In this document: positions 16,198 through 25,387 of the stretch, piece by piece
Layout of the letters: each line of letters starts with the position of its first letter
How positions within the stretch are numbered: the stretch's first letter is position 1
Assembly: GCA_016839785.1 (NCBI GenBank)
Contig: JAEOTQ010000058.1
Span: 1-28,950, forward strand
Origin: Candidatus Hodarchaeota archaeon
GTDB taxonomy: Archaea; Asgardarchaeota; Heimdallarchaeia; Hodarchaeales; Hodarchaeaceae
Reading direction: 5' to 3'
Length of the DNA: 28,950 nt
Made by a program: the position numbers and the translations under genes
Notes under the pieces: generated by a model
Seen by the model: only the letters and a program-made list of their open reading frames with translations
What the model was told of the DNA's origin: nothing
The model's database searches: none

Positions 16198-17277
16198 ATG
16201 ATTGAAGAAACAGAATTCCTAGATTTGTTTATTCCAGGACCAGTCAATGTATCCAAAAAAAGTCGTGAAATGATGACTTATCCGATGATTGCTCATCGAA
16301 GTAATACTATGGGTGATTTACACAATGATATCGCAAATTACCTACAAAAAATGCTCTTTACTAATAATCAGATAATTCTCTCCACTTCTTCCTCAACAGG
16401 ATTAATGGAAGCGGCGGTTCGCAATTGTGTAAATAAGAATCCAGTTCTAAATGTAGTCAATGGTGCATTTGCAGAGAGGTGGAATAAGATTGCTTCTGCA
16501 AATGGCAAGAAAACTGATATAATTCAAATTGACTGGGGAAAGGCTGTAACTGCCAAACAATTACAGGAAAAGCTTGAGACCAATACCTACGACGCAGTGT
16601 GTATAACACAAAATGAAACATCAACTGGTGTTGCTACACCTCTCAAAGATTTATATAAAACCGTGAAAAATAATAATTGCCTACTTTTAGTAGATGCTGT
16701 GTCTGGAGCTGGTGGATTAGAAGCCCGAATTGATGATTGGGAAATTGATGTCTACTTATTTGGACTTCAAAAATGTATGGCTCTATCCCCTGGCTTAGCT
16801 GTTGCTTCTGTTTCCGATACAGCATTAGAGATGGCTAGAAAAACTCCAAATCGAGGATTATACTTTGATTTCTTAGATCTCAAAAAATATCATGATCGAG
16901 GAATGCAGCCAGCAACTCCCGTCATTCCGATTTACTATCAACTTCAATACAAGCTCCACCAAATCATTGATGAAGAAGGAATTGAAAATCGGTGGAGACG
17001 ACATCAACAAATGGCAGATTATACCCGAAATTGGGCAAAAACTAAAAAATTATCATTATTCGCAGACGAAGCAGTAGCTTCAAATACGGTTACCTGTATA
17101 AACAGCAAAGGTATTGATGTAGCGAAGCTCAAAGCAGATCTCATGGAAAAAGGCTATTTCTTTGCAACAGGATACGGAAAATTCAAGGAAACTAATTTTC
17201 GTATTGCTCATATGGGAGATCGTACATTAGAGGAAATGAAGACCTATTTAACCACAATTGATGACTTAACGAGTTAA
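16198..17277 (+). CDS. PLP-dependent class V aminotransferase (serine-pyruvate / alanine-glyoxylate family)
   Basis: FIPGP, NGAFAERW, QNETSTG, VDAVS, GLQKC (PLP lysine), FRIAHMG. Confidence 0.93.
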   Translation: MIEETEFLDLFIPGPVNVSKKSREMMTYPMIAHRSNTMGDLHNDIANYLQKMLFTNNQIILSTSSSTGLMEAAVRNCVNKNPVLNVVNGAFAERWNKIASANGKKTDIIQIDWGKAVTAKQLQEKLETNTYDAVCITQNETSTGVATPLKDLYKTVKNNNCLLLVDAVSGAGGLEARIDDWEIDVYLFGLQKCMALSPGLAVASVSDTALEMARKTPNRGLYFDFLDLKKYHDRGMQPATPVIPIYYQLQYKLHQIIDEEGIENRWRRHQQMADYTRNWAKTKKLSLFADEAVASNTVTCINSKGIDVAKLKADLMEKGYFFATGYGKFKETNFRIAHMGDRTLEEMKTYLTTIDDLTS

Positions 17278-17456
17278 ATATGAGAAAATTTATAAAAAAT
17301 TTGAGTATTGAATCTACTAATGGATCTTTAAGTACTTTAGAGGCCCCAAGAATACTTCATATCTGACCGTCAGAATCCGCAGATATTATAAAGGCTTAAA
17401 TTTTGATGACATATACTACATATCAGAAATGAGATTAATGTCGGACAGTAGCAGCA

Positions 17457-19772
17457 GTGGCTGAAATATTTGATGCTATTATACTTGGGAAAGTAAATCC
17501 ATTCAGGTCGACAAGTATTGGAGATCCATGGCAATCGGATGTAATTGATGTACCTGAGTACAATGGTAAAGCGACTCGTATTGTACTAGAAACTTTAGAT
17601 GAAGTACGCTCCACAGGCCGATCTGGTATGTGCATGATTCTAGGGGATGCTGGAGTAGGTAAAACGCATGTTCTTGCACGCTTACGCCGTATTGCTGAGG
17701 AAAATAAATACTTATTTGTAAGTGTACGACCTCTGGGGGATTTAACTAGAATATACGGTCATATTCTTCAAGAACTGATGATATCTCTAAGAAAAAAGGA
17801 TCCAGAGGATGAATTTAGTCCTTTGGAACGCTTTATTGGCGATGTTATTTCTCGTGCATTAAGTGATGGTCTACCAGACAATCCTTCTGCACAACATTTA
17901 GCTGCCAGTTTCGACCAAGATCCAATGAAAATCTTTACCTATAAACCCGAACGATTCTATTCCTCAAACTTGAGGAAAATGGCAATTAATTATCTGGCTT
18001 CTTCCGCTCCAGATATCGATATCCAATTTTTGGAAGTTCTATTTCATGTTCTGAACCCTACCATGCGATCAACGGCCTTTAAATGGTTATCTGGGATCGA
18101 AGTCTCTCAAAAAGATTTGAATAGGTTGGAAGTCCCTCATTCTATTAGCTCCGAGAATCGGGCACTATCTATTATCCAAACAATAGCATCACTTGCCCAA
18201 AAACCCATTTTACTGTCATTTGACCAATTGGAGTCGATATATATACGTTTTAAGCGTGATAGTGGCATTCAGCTCCTATTCGATTCATTAACAAACCTGT
18301 ACAATCAATGTCGACATCTTCTTGTTCTTGCTATGTGCCAATCCCTTGTTTGGAATGAATCCATTACCAAAGAAGTTCCAGAATATGCACGTCAGCGGAT
18401 CGATTACATTACACGGTTAGAACGGTTATCACACAAAAATGCTGTTGCTTTAGTTAAAGCACGGTTTGATACCATGTTCTTAGATTCGGGAATAATTCCT
18501 CCGTATGCTACCTACCCGTTTAAAGATGATTATATTGCTAAGATTGCGGATAAAACTGATGGCAATCCACGATTATTCCTTCGGCACTTAAGGGATCGAT
18601 TAAACGAGTTTAAAGATCAGGGACAAATTCGAGAATTATCTACGATAGATGTTATGGACTCTGAAACTCAGAAAGAAGCTGTCGCTGGAGTACCCCCTAT
18701 GACTCCAGATGAAGTTGTATCGACGGTTTCTTCATCCTTATCGAAAGATAGTGCTGATGCTTTGCTATTTCTGTCAGAAGAAGAAAAAGAAGCTCTGGCA
18801 GAGCTGATTCCTGATCCAAAAAGGATATTAGTTGAACCTGCTCCTATAGCTGCAAGAGCTGAAAACGCATTAAGTGCTTTAGATGATATAGCCTCATCAA
18901 AACCTTCTTCATCCCCACCATCGGAAATAATATCCTTTCTGGAATCAAAATGGGCAAAATATGCACAAGAATTTGAAATGGAAATTTTTGCTTTTCCTCA
19001 CCCAGTCAGGAGAGATTTCTGTAAGGGAGTCCTATATGAAATCTTAAACTCAGCTATTGAAAAAAGACGCCCCATCTATGGTGTCAACGTACTTAATGTT
19101 CGTATTGACCGAAATCTGGTTGAGAAAGATACAAAAGGATTAGATCTTGTATTTACGTATCAAACTCCTCGTGGTCCTACATCTGTGGGAATTGAAATCA
19201 ACAATAGCGAACATGGGTCAACTGTATTTCAGAGTCTTCGTCGATTGAAGAAGTTAGTGAAAGGAAATATTCGTTATGCATTTATTCTTAGAGATGAAGA
19301 ATTATCGCTTCAAAGAACAGCTACCAAATCTCTAGATTTAGCTGAATCTCTTACCGACTATGGTGGATTGTACTACATTGATTTTCTTTCAAATCAAGCA
19401 TTGCTTGCCACAAAGAAGCTGCTAGATCTGGCTTCTGCAGGTGATCTGGTCCTGGGGTCACAGACGGTAAGTAGAAATCAAGCCTTATCCTTTATCTTCG
19501 AGGAAATTCTGGGTAGGATTACCATTTTCCAAACAGTATTTGCTCATTTGCAATCTTCTCAAGAACCTAGTAGCCGTAGAACAGGTTATACCTCCGAATC
19601 ATCCGAAGCCGTTGAAGCTATTGTCACTATTCTGAAATTCAACCCCGCTATGACAACTGATCGCTTATGTATGTTACTAAATCGTAACGAAAGAGATTTA
19701 GTACCCATCCTGAAAATGTTAGCAATTCGAGGGTTGATTTCATTTGACGGCAAGAATATAACCTTGCTATAG
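17457..19772 (+). CDS. AAA+/STAND-like P-loop ATPase with PD-(D/E)XK-like domain and C-terminal winged helix
   Basis: Walker A GDAGVGKT, Walker B LLSFDQLE, sensor GNPRLFL, low-complexity linker, D...EIN strand pair, C-terminal wHTH pattern. The GTG start is uncertain. Confidence 0.8.
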   Translation: MAEIFDAIILGKVNPFRSTSIGDPWQSDVIDVPEYNGKATRIVLETLDEVRSTGRSGMCMILGDAGVGKTHVLARLRRIAEENKYLFVSVRPLGDLTRIYGHILQELMISLRKKDPEDEFSPLERFIGDVISRALSDGLPDNPSAQHLAASFDQDPMKIFTYKPERFYSSNLRKMAINYLASSAPDIDIQFLEVLFHVLNPTMRSTAFKWLSGIEVSQKDLNRLEVPHSISSENRALSIIQTIASLAQKPILLSFDQLESIYIRFKRDSGIQLLFDSLTNLYNQCRHLLVLAMCQSLVWNESITKEVPEYARQRIDYITRLERLSHKNAVALVKARFDTMFLDSGIIPPYATYPFKDDYIAKIADKTDGNPRLFLRHLRDRLNEFKDQGQIRELSTIDVMDSETQKEAVAGVPPMTPDEVVSTVSSSLSKDSADALLFLSEEEKEALAELIPDPKRILVEPAPIAARAENALSALDDIASSKPSSSPPSEIISFLESKWAKYAQEFEMEIFAFPHPVRRDFCKGVLYEILNSAIEKRRPIYGVNVLNVRIDRNLVEKDTKGLDLVFTYQTPRGPTSVGIEINNSEHGSTVFQSLRRLKKLVKGNIRYAFILRDEELSLQRTATKSLDLAESLTDYGGLYYIDFLSNQALLATKKLLDLASAGDLVLGSQTVSRNQALSFIFEEILGRITIFQTVFAHLQSSQEPSSRRTGYTSESSEAVEAIVTILKFNPAMTTDRLCMLLNRNERDLVPILKMLAIRGLISFDGKNITLL

Positions 19773-19791
19773 ATATTAAAAAAGTGAAGTA

Positions 19792-20250
19792 TCAGTGATC
19801 CCAAGGTTTAAATGCAAATTTCTGTGGAAACTTTTTTCGCTCCATGAATACTTGTCCTTTTTCTGTAATCTGTGACAAAAAGGTAAGTTCAGCTTGGATT
19901 TCTTGTGTATCTCTTCCATTGATTGACGTTATTTCGTCGATTGATTTAAAATCGCCAGTTAAACTTTTAACCAACTTTTCAAGTCCATGGAGATAATTAT
20001 TTTGAAATCCCGACGAATCTTGATTGGAATCGGTAGATAGCTGCAAGATTTTCCATTTACCACTGGACTCAACCACTTTTCCATAGGAGGTCAGATAAGC
20101 CAACATTTTCAGTACTTCAAAGGCATCAGGACTGCAAGATCCAATCGTTCGAGCGATTTGAAAAGAAGATAGACCCTTATCAATTCCATCAAAGGCTTCT
20201 ATGACACGTGGCATCCACTTATATGGAAACTTGCTCTCATCAATCTTCAT
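19792..20250 (-). CDS. Tandem winged-helix protein
   Basis: Two internal repeats (LSSFQIARTIG...LKMLAYLTSYGKV and KSIDEITSING...LTFLSQITEKGQV); GGAG ribosome-binding site; T6 after the stop. Confidence 0.7.
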   Translation of the reverse strand: MKIDESKFPYKWMPRVIEAFDGIDKGLSSFQIARTIGSCSPDAFEVLKMLAYLTSYGKVVESSGKWKILQLSTDSNQDSSGFQNNYLHGLEKLVKSLTGDFKSIDEITSINGRDTQEIQAELTFLSQITEKGQVFMERKKFPQKFAFKPWDH

Positions 20251-20440
20251 AAATTACTCTCCACACTGTACTATGGTATTCAAAGGATAACTGGACATTT
20301 TAAGGTCTGGTTATTAGATCTTTTTTAGATTTTTCAGATTCCTCCTGAATATAAAAGGAACGCCAATCTTTATTGTCTAGTGTGTTAGGTCTACAATGAA
20401 TAGATATTTAAACTAGTAAACTCTTCATCCATTGATTAAT

Positions 20441-20587
20441 ATGCGTGACCGTCGTATTGATACACTAACTCTGACATCACACTCCCCCTCAGAGAGAACA
20501 TGGTCTATTCAAAGTACATTATTGGTCCTTACTATCTTAGTGGTAGCTCTAGCTCTATTTTTAATAGTGGTAGACTTTCTTGGTTGA
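20441..20587 (+). CDS. Small tail-anchored membrane protein (48 aa)
   Basis: Read manually: MRDRRIDTLTLTSHSPSERTWSIQSTLLVLTILVVALALFLIVVDFLG. TATA-like ATTTAAA at 20406-20412; ends 6 nt before the convergent larE stop. Confidence 0.65.
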   Translation: MRDRRIDTLTLTSHSPSERTWSIQSTLLVLTILVVALALFLIVVDFLG

Positions 20588-20593
20588 AGATAG

Positions 20594-21391
20594 TCAATCA
20601 GGTGTAATTGGTCGATATCCCTCTAAGTCGAGGGTGACATATCGATAACCTATTTTTTTCAGTTCTTTCACGATTAACGGAATATCTTTTGATAAAACAT
20701 CTTTAATCGACTCAGGTGCTAACTCAATACGCGCAAGATTCCCATGATCACGGATTCGAAGTTGAGAGGACAAATTTAAGGTTCTAAGGAAAGTTTCTGC
20801 TTTTTCAACCCTTGATAAATTGGTAACCGAGATTTCTTCCCCATAGGGAATTCGAGATGCTAGACAGGCCATCGCAGGCTTCTTCGCCACGGACAATTTA
20901 TAAAAATCTGCAATTTCGCGAACCTCTATTTTGGTAAGCCCTCCCTGACGTAATGGACTGTATACGGATAAATCTTCGAGAGCTTTCAATCCTGGTCTAT
21001 GTCCATCGGTATCGGAGGCATTAGTTCCATCAATAACAATTTCATATCCTTCTCGCATCGCTAAATCATGTAATTGTGAAAAAATTAATTTCTTACAATG
21101 GTAACATCTATCGGAAGGATTTTCCCAAAAAACATGTTCTTTATCCACTTCTACATTCATCGTTTCATGCGGAATATCTAATTGAATTGCGATCTCCTTT
21201 GCTTCATCTATCTCTTGTCGTGAAATCCATTCAGAAGTAACCGTGACGAGTTTTATGTTGTTGCAGACATTTTTCAATATTCTAGCAACTACAGTACTAT
21301 CTACTCCTCCAGAGAAAGCAACAAGTACTGGTTTGCCAACAACAGGAGAAATAGCTTGTGTAATCTTGTATTTTAAAGCATTAGTTAGCAT
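20594..21391 (-). CDS. larE: LarE-family ATP-dependent sulfur transferase (PP-loop)
   Basis: AFSGGVDS PP-loop, RCYHCK, DGTNASD..GHRPG, ACLASRIPYG, RIRDHG, VTLDLEGYR. Confidence 0.92.
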   Translation of the reverse strand: MLTNALKYKITQAISPVVGKPVLVAFSGGVDSTVVARILKNVCNNIKLVTVTSEWISRQEIDEAKEIAIQLDIPHETMNVEVDKEHVFWENPSDRCYHCKKLIFSQLHDLAMREGYEIVIDGTNASDTDGHRPGLKALEDLSVYSPLRQGGLTKIEVREIADFYKLSVAKKPAMACLASRIPYGEEISVTNLSRVEKAETFLRTLNLSSQLRIRDHGNLARIELAPESIKDVLSKDIPLIVKELKKIGYRYVTLDLEGYRPITPD

Positions 21392-21412
21392 AATTCTAGT
21401 ATCCTTTGAACT

Positions 21413-22462
21413 TCAATTTATTCTAGCACCTGAGACGACTTGAGCAGAATATACAACTCCTCCAGCTTGTTCAATCGCATGTTTTACCTCCGTCTCTTTT
21501 CCTGGGCAGAATGCGATCATACATCCTCCATTCCCACTCCCTGTTATTTTGCATCCCAACGCGCCAGCATCTTTAGCCGCCTGAATCATTTTCTCAATCT
21601 TAGGGGTGCTAATGTTAAGATAATCCCTGAGTGACCAATGATGAGCATCTATCAGATTGCCTATCAGCTGCTGATTGAAATTCTTTTTATTTTTCTCAAA
21701 TTCTGAATAAGCGGTTTTTGTAATCTTAAAGTTCTCTACTGCAGCCGATAAGCAGGATCTTGCATACAGATTAGTTATTTCATCTGGAGCAAACTTTGAA
21801 CTATTAATATCCAGGATACTACCTAGTTGAAGTTCCTGAAGCCCATCATTCACCCCTCGCTTGATCATTGCTAACGTACTTAAAGTATTCTTTTTCTCCT
21901 GCGAATCACCAATCAATAAGCCGGGAATAGAATCTAGAAGGCGTGTGCACCTAATGGGATTAAATTCTTCATAATTTACGAAGCCGTGAGCAATTGCCAT
22001 GTGATCCTGCATACCTCCTGGCTCATTAAATTCTACTACCTCTGCCTGATGAGCTAACTTGGTCAGTTCCATTGGAGTCAATGAATGTTCGAATAGCTCA
22101 GATAAGAATTTAAGCCATACTACAACCAAAGCACTGGAAGATGACAATCCTGCCTGTATTGGAATCTCACTTTGTATTTGAGCATTAATACCAACTTTGT
22201 GTGGGACTATTTCTTCTCGTTGTAGAACTCGGACGCCTGATTGAAGATAGGCACGATCTGGGAGAGAGGTTTCCATTGTTGGAGTAAATGATTCCACATA
22301 TCCTAAATCATCTAGTAGAATTGAAATATTTGAACCGTGAGCTTTTTGACCACTTACTTCGATATGCAAATCAATAGCTGCTGGTATTACTGGTAAACCT
22401 AAATAATCCTGATGTTCTCCAAAAAAGACAATTCTACCTGGTGCAGACGCTTTTAAAACCAT
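21413..22462 (-). CDS. GHMP-family sugar kinase (galactokinase-like)
   Basis: APGRIVFFGEHQDY, PIQAGLSSSSA, GGMQD, KITGSGNGG. Confidence 0.9.
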   Translation of the reverse strand: MVLKASAPGRIVFFGEHQDYLGLPVIPAAIDLHIEVSGQKAHGSNISILLDDLGYVESFTPTMETSLPDRAYLQSGVRVLQREEIVPHKVGINAQIQSEIPIQAGLSSSSALVVVWLKFLSELFEHSLTPMELTKLAHQAEVVEFNEPGGMQDHMAIAHGFVNYEEFNPIRCTRLLDSIPGLLIGDSQEKKNTLSTLAMIKRGVNDGLQELQLGSILDINSSKFAPDEITNLYARSCLSAAVENFKITKTAYSEFEKNKKNFNQQLIGNLIDAHHWSLRDYLNISTPKIEKMIQAAKDAGALGCKITGSGNGGCMIAFCPGKETEVKHAIEQAGGVVYSAQVVSGARIN

Positions 22463-22828
22463 TTTTCTTCAACTTAATGGCACTTAGAGGATCAATATCA
22501 TGTATTTACCTTGTATTCCAGTGATATCTCCCTGATTAAGAAAGATATACTCAGGTTATAAGAAAGATTTTTCGAATTTTCACATTCTGATGAGAAGTTC
22601 TAGATTACCTGTACAACTACGATTCATCGATAATTGGTATTAGGGAGGATAATGTCGGAAAATTATTCTTAATTATCTTTTATGTCGAATCTTTTCAAGT
22701 AGAACGCAATTTATTCTCTTCTGTGAATTGTACGTGTGTCGTCAGTAGATTACTGATATATTATACGATATTATAAATAAGAAATCAGTAAATTATCTGA
22801 AGTTAATCCTGTTTGTGAGAAATAGATC

Positions 22829-23209
22829 ATGACGATGAACATATTAGCAGATAATCTCCAAGAGCTAACTGTTACAGTTTTTGAATCAGTTGGTTTTTCC
22901 ACACATCATCCCGCATTAATCTTTAAACACCCTCTTGCCGATTCATGGTTGAGTCTAGTGGTGAAAATACCAAATACAACCGATTTTGTCGGGGTTGCCA
23001 TTAAGGATTTTAAGCGGGTTGTCGGGATCAGGCAAATTCGTTGTGGGGAAGAACTCTTACTGAAATGCCCAGAAATCTCACGCTTAATTGTTGTTTCATC
23101 AATGGGATTTTCTACAGCCGCAAAAAAACTTGCTGAGCAATTAGATATCAGCCTCATCACAAAAAATGAACTGATTTCAATGTTAATTAATCGTATCGAG
23201 TTTTCATAA
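22829..23209 (+). CDS. Mrr-like restriction-endonuclease-fold protein, probably inactive
   Basis: VFESVGF, VGVAIKDFKRVVGIRQIR and IVVSSMGFSTAAKKLAEQLDISLI follow the Mrr_cat pattern. Confidence 0.75.
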   Translation: MTMNILADNLQELTVTVFESVGFSTHHPALIFKHPLADSWLSLVVKIPNTTDFVGVAIKDFKRVVGIRQIRCGEELLLKCPEISRLIVVSSMGFSTAAKKLAEQLDISLITKNELISMLINRIEFS

Positions 23210-23229
23210 TTTTGAATTGTAAATAGAAG

Positions 23230-24564
23230 CTAATGCTCCTTTGAGATTTGAGGAGTAATTGTCATAATTGCCTGTTGTAAATACTGAATCTGCTTTTCAG
23301 TATGAGCAAAGGATAAAGCACCAATACCATGCATGCCCGTAATGTGTCTATTTAACAAAGCTAATTGGGTCAAAGTTTCTTTTTTCTTGTCACTAAAATG
23401 AACTATATCAACAGGATCAGGTTTATCCAACAGTTTTGAAAGTGAATGGAGTGTAACAAGTGATTTGTGACCTGTAGCTAGATAAGAAAGCTGTTTTTCT
23501 TTAAAAAATTTGTTTAAATCAGTTATAAGAGAAGTGCCAAGCTTATTTACACGCTGGTACTGTTCTGCAGAAGTTTTTAGGATATTCAACATCTCTAATC
23601 CAGCGATCATGGAGAGAGGAAAGCTAGAAAATGTCCCTCCACCGATCCATACACGATCTGAAATAGTGGGATTTGCTTGTTCAACGATTTCATGTCTTCC
23701 CCCAATAGCACCAATAGGAAATCCACCTCCAATTATCTTTCCCATTGTCGTCAGGTCTGGTAGGACTCCTATTTCATTTTGGTACAATGAGTTGCAAAAT
23801 CGATAACCAGTGATAATTTCATCAAAAATTAAAATGATATTTTGTTGTTCAGTTTCCTCTCGTAGCAATTTTAAAAAATCTCTCTCTACAGGAAATCCAC
23901 CTCCGCCTCCGAGTACAGGTTCAACTATAACAGCTGCTAATTCTTCCTTGTGTTGGTTGATTGTTTCTACCGCGGTTTGGCTATTAATATCTATGGATAT
24001 AACTCCAGCCTCCGTATCATCTAATATTCCACGGGTTTCTTTTCCTGTAAGAGGTGCTCGTACATCGTAAAATAATGTGTCTGCAGCCCCATGCCAACCA
24101 AATTTTGCTTTTGCTACTTTTTTCTTTCCCGTAAACGCTCGAGCTAGTCGAGTAGCATACATAGCTGCTTCCGTACCACTTGTACAAAATCTTACGTGCT
24201 CTAAACTTTTATTATCATTAATGAGTCTTTCAGCCATTAGAACTTGGTGTTCCAGTACAGTCCCTAGATGCCAAGAATTCATGAGCTGGGCTTCGACTTT
24301 TTTCTGAATAGTGGGATTAGAATATCCAGTAATCATTGCGTAGTGGGCTCCCCAGTAATCATCATAGGTATTATTATCAATATCCGTTACAGTTGCCCCA
24401 TATCCTTTTTGTATGAATGGAGGATATGCTCCGATGAGAGGAAGATTCAAATTCCGTATATTATGAGAAACTCCTCCTGCAAGAACTTTATTCGACCGAT
24501 CCCACATAGCTTTTGAGTTGGGGTGCGAAGTAATATATTTAGTCAATTCTTCCTGTAAAAACAT
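23230..24564 (-). CDS. Class III PLP aminotransferase, glutamate-1-semialdehyde aminomutase-like
   Basis: FCTSGTEA, WHG, IVEP, FDEIITGYR, TMGKIIGGGFPIGA, GGTFS; AGGTG ribosome-binding site. Confidence 0.9.
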   Translation of the reverse strand: MFLQEELTKYITSHPNSKAMWDRSNKVLAGGVSHNIRNLNLPLIGAYPPFIQKGYGATVTDIDNNTYDDYWGAHYAMITGYSNPTIQKKVEAQLMNSWHLGTVLEHQVLMAERLINDNKSLEHVRFCTSGTEAAMYATRLARAFTGKKKVAKAKFGWHGAADTLFYDVRAPLTGKETRGILDDTEAGVISIDINSQTAVETINQHKEELAAVIVEPVLGGGGGFPVERDFLKLLREETEQQNIILIFDEIITGYRFCNSLYQNEIGVLPDLTTMGKIIGGGFPIGAIGGRHEIVEQANPTISDRVWIGGGTFSSFPLSMIAGLEMLNILKTSAEQYQRVNKLGTSLITDLNKFFKEKQLSYLATGHKSLVTLHSLSKLLDKPDPVDIVHFSDKKKETLTQLALLNRHITGMHGIGALSFAHTEKQIQYLQQAIMTITPQISKEH

Positions 24565-24681
24565 ATGATAGACACCTACTTCAAGTGAATCTATAAGACT
24601 ATGATGTTATAATCGAATATTATTTCATTGATTAAAAAGAAATCCAGCAAGTATGATTTCATATCAATTTATACAAGAAGG

Positions 24682-25251
24682 TTAGTGGTTAAGAGCATTC
24701 CATGCTATTTCACAGGCTTCAGCTATATAATTTTCATCCATGTTAATCACCCCTTCAAAATGGAAGTTTAGTAAAGTGATGATTGGGACAAAAGCAAAAG
24801 ATATAAGAAGTGGAATTGGGAGATCTTTGAAAATATGTTTTTTTATACCCCGTTGAAAGAGATTCTCGACATAAATATACAATTCAAAATCTTCCTGTTT
24901 GATGTTTTCCATCATTGGGGTCTTTTCAAATTTTTCACGGTAAATGAGGTAATCGGGGTGGTTAAGATTATATGAGAAGGAATTAATCCAGATAGATTTG
25001 AAGATCTGTTCCATATCCATCTTTTCGTGGATTCCTTGTAATGCACCATTACTCATGTTTGTTCTTATTTTTGTGTATAACTTAGTGAAAAGATCCTCTT
25101 TGTTTTTGAAATGGATGTAAATTGTAGCTGGAGAGATATTGGCTTGTTTAGCAATCTTTGAGATCGAAATACCCGTAAAACCTAGCTCTTTTACCAATTC
25201 AAGCGAGGAGTTGATGATAGCATTATATTTAGTTTGATCTTTAGGCCTCAT
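24682..25251 (-). CDS. TetR/AcrR family transcriptional regulator
   Basis: N-terminal HTH GFTGISISKIAKQANISPATIYIHFKNKEDL. Confidence 0.95.
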   Translation of the reverse strand: MRPKDQTKYNAIINSSLELVKELGFTGISISKIAKQANISPATIYIHFKNKEDLFTKLYTKIRTNMSNGALQGIHEKMDMEQIFKSIWINSFSYNLNHPDYLIYREKFEKTPMMENIKQEDFELYIYVENLFQRGIKKHIFKDLPIPLLISFAFVPIITLLNFHFEGVINMDENYIAEACEIAWNALNH

Positions 25252-25311
25252 TCTATACGAAAATCTCCTTTAAGTTAAATTCATGAGGATTAGTCCGAAA
25301 TAGAAACATAT

Positions 25312-25370
25312 ATAAGTGAACGTTCATTCACTTAAAAATGAATCTATTTGGTGAATGAATGCTCATTCAC
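25312..25370. promoter_or_regulatory. Two TetR-type operator palindromes in the divergent promoter
   Basis: ATAAGTGAACGTTCATTCAC (25312-25331) and GTGAATGAatgcTCATTCAC (25351-25370); TATA-like ATATATAA at 25308-25315. Confidence 0.75.
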
Positions 25371-25387
25371 TCAAAAGGGTGAAACAA

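Noticed and set aside
22644-22672. GGAGG followed by mini-ORF MSENYS
   Set aside because: Spacing of only 3 nt and six codons; indistinguishable from chance.
25355-25387. Tracked start of the membrane protein
   Set aside because: Lies within the operator palindrome; ATG 25388 has a GGGTGA Shine-Dalgarno.
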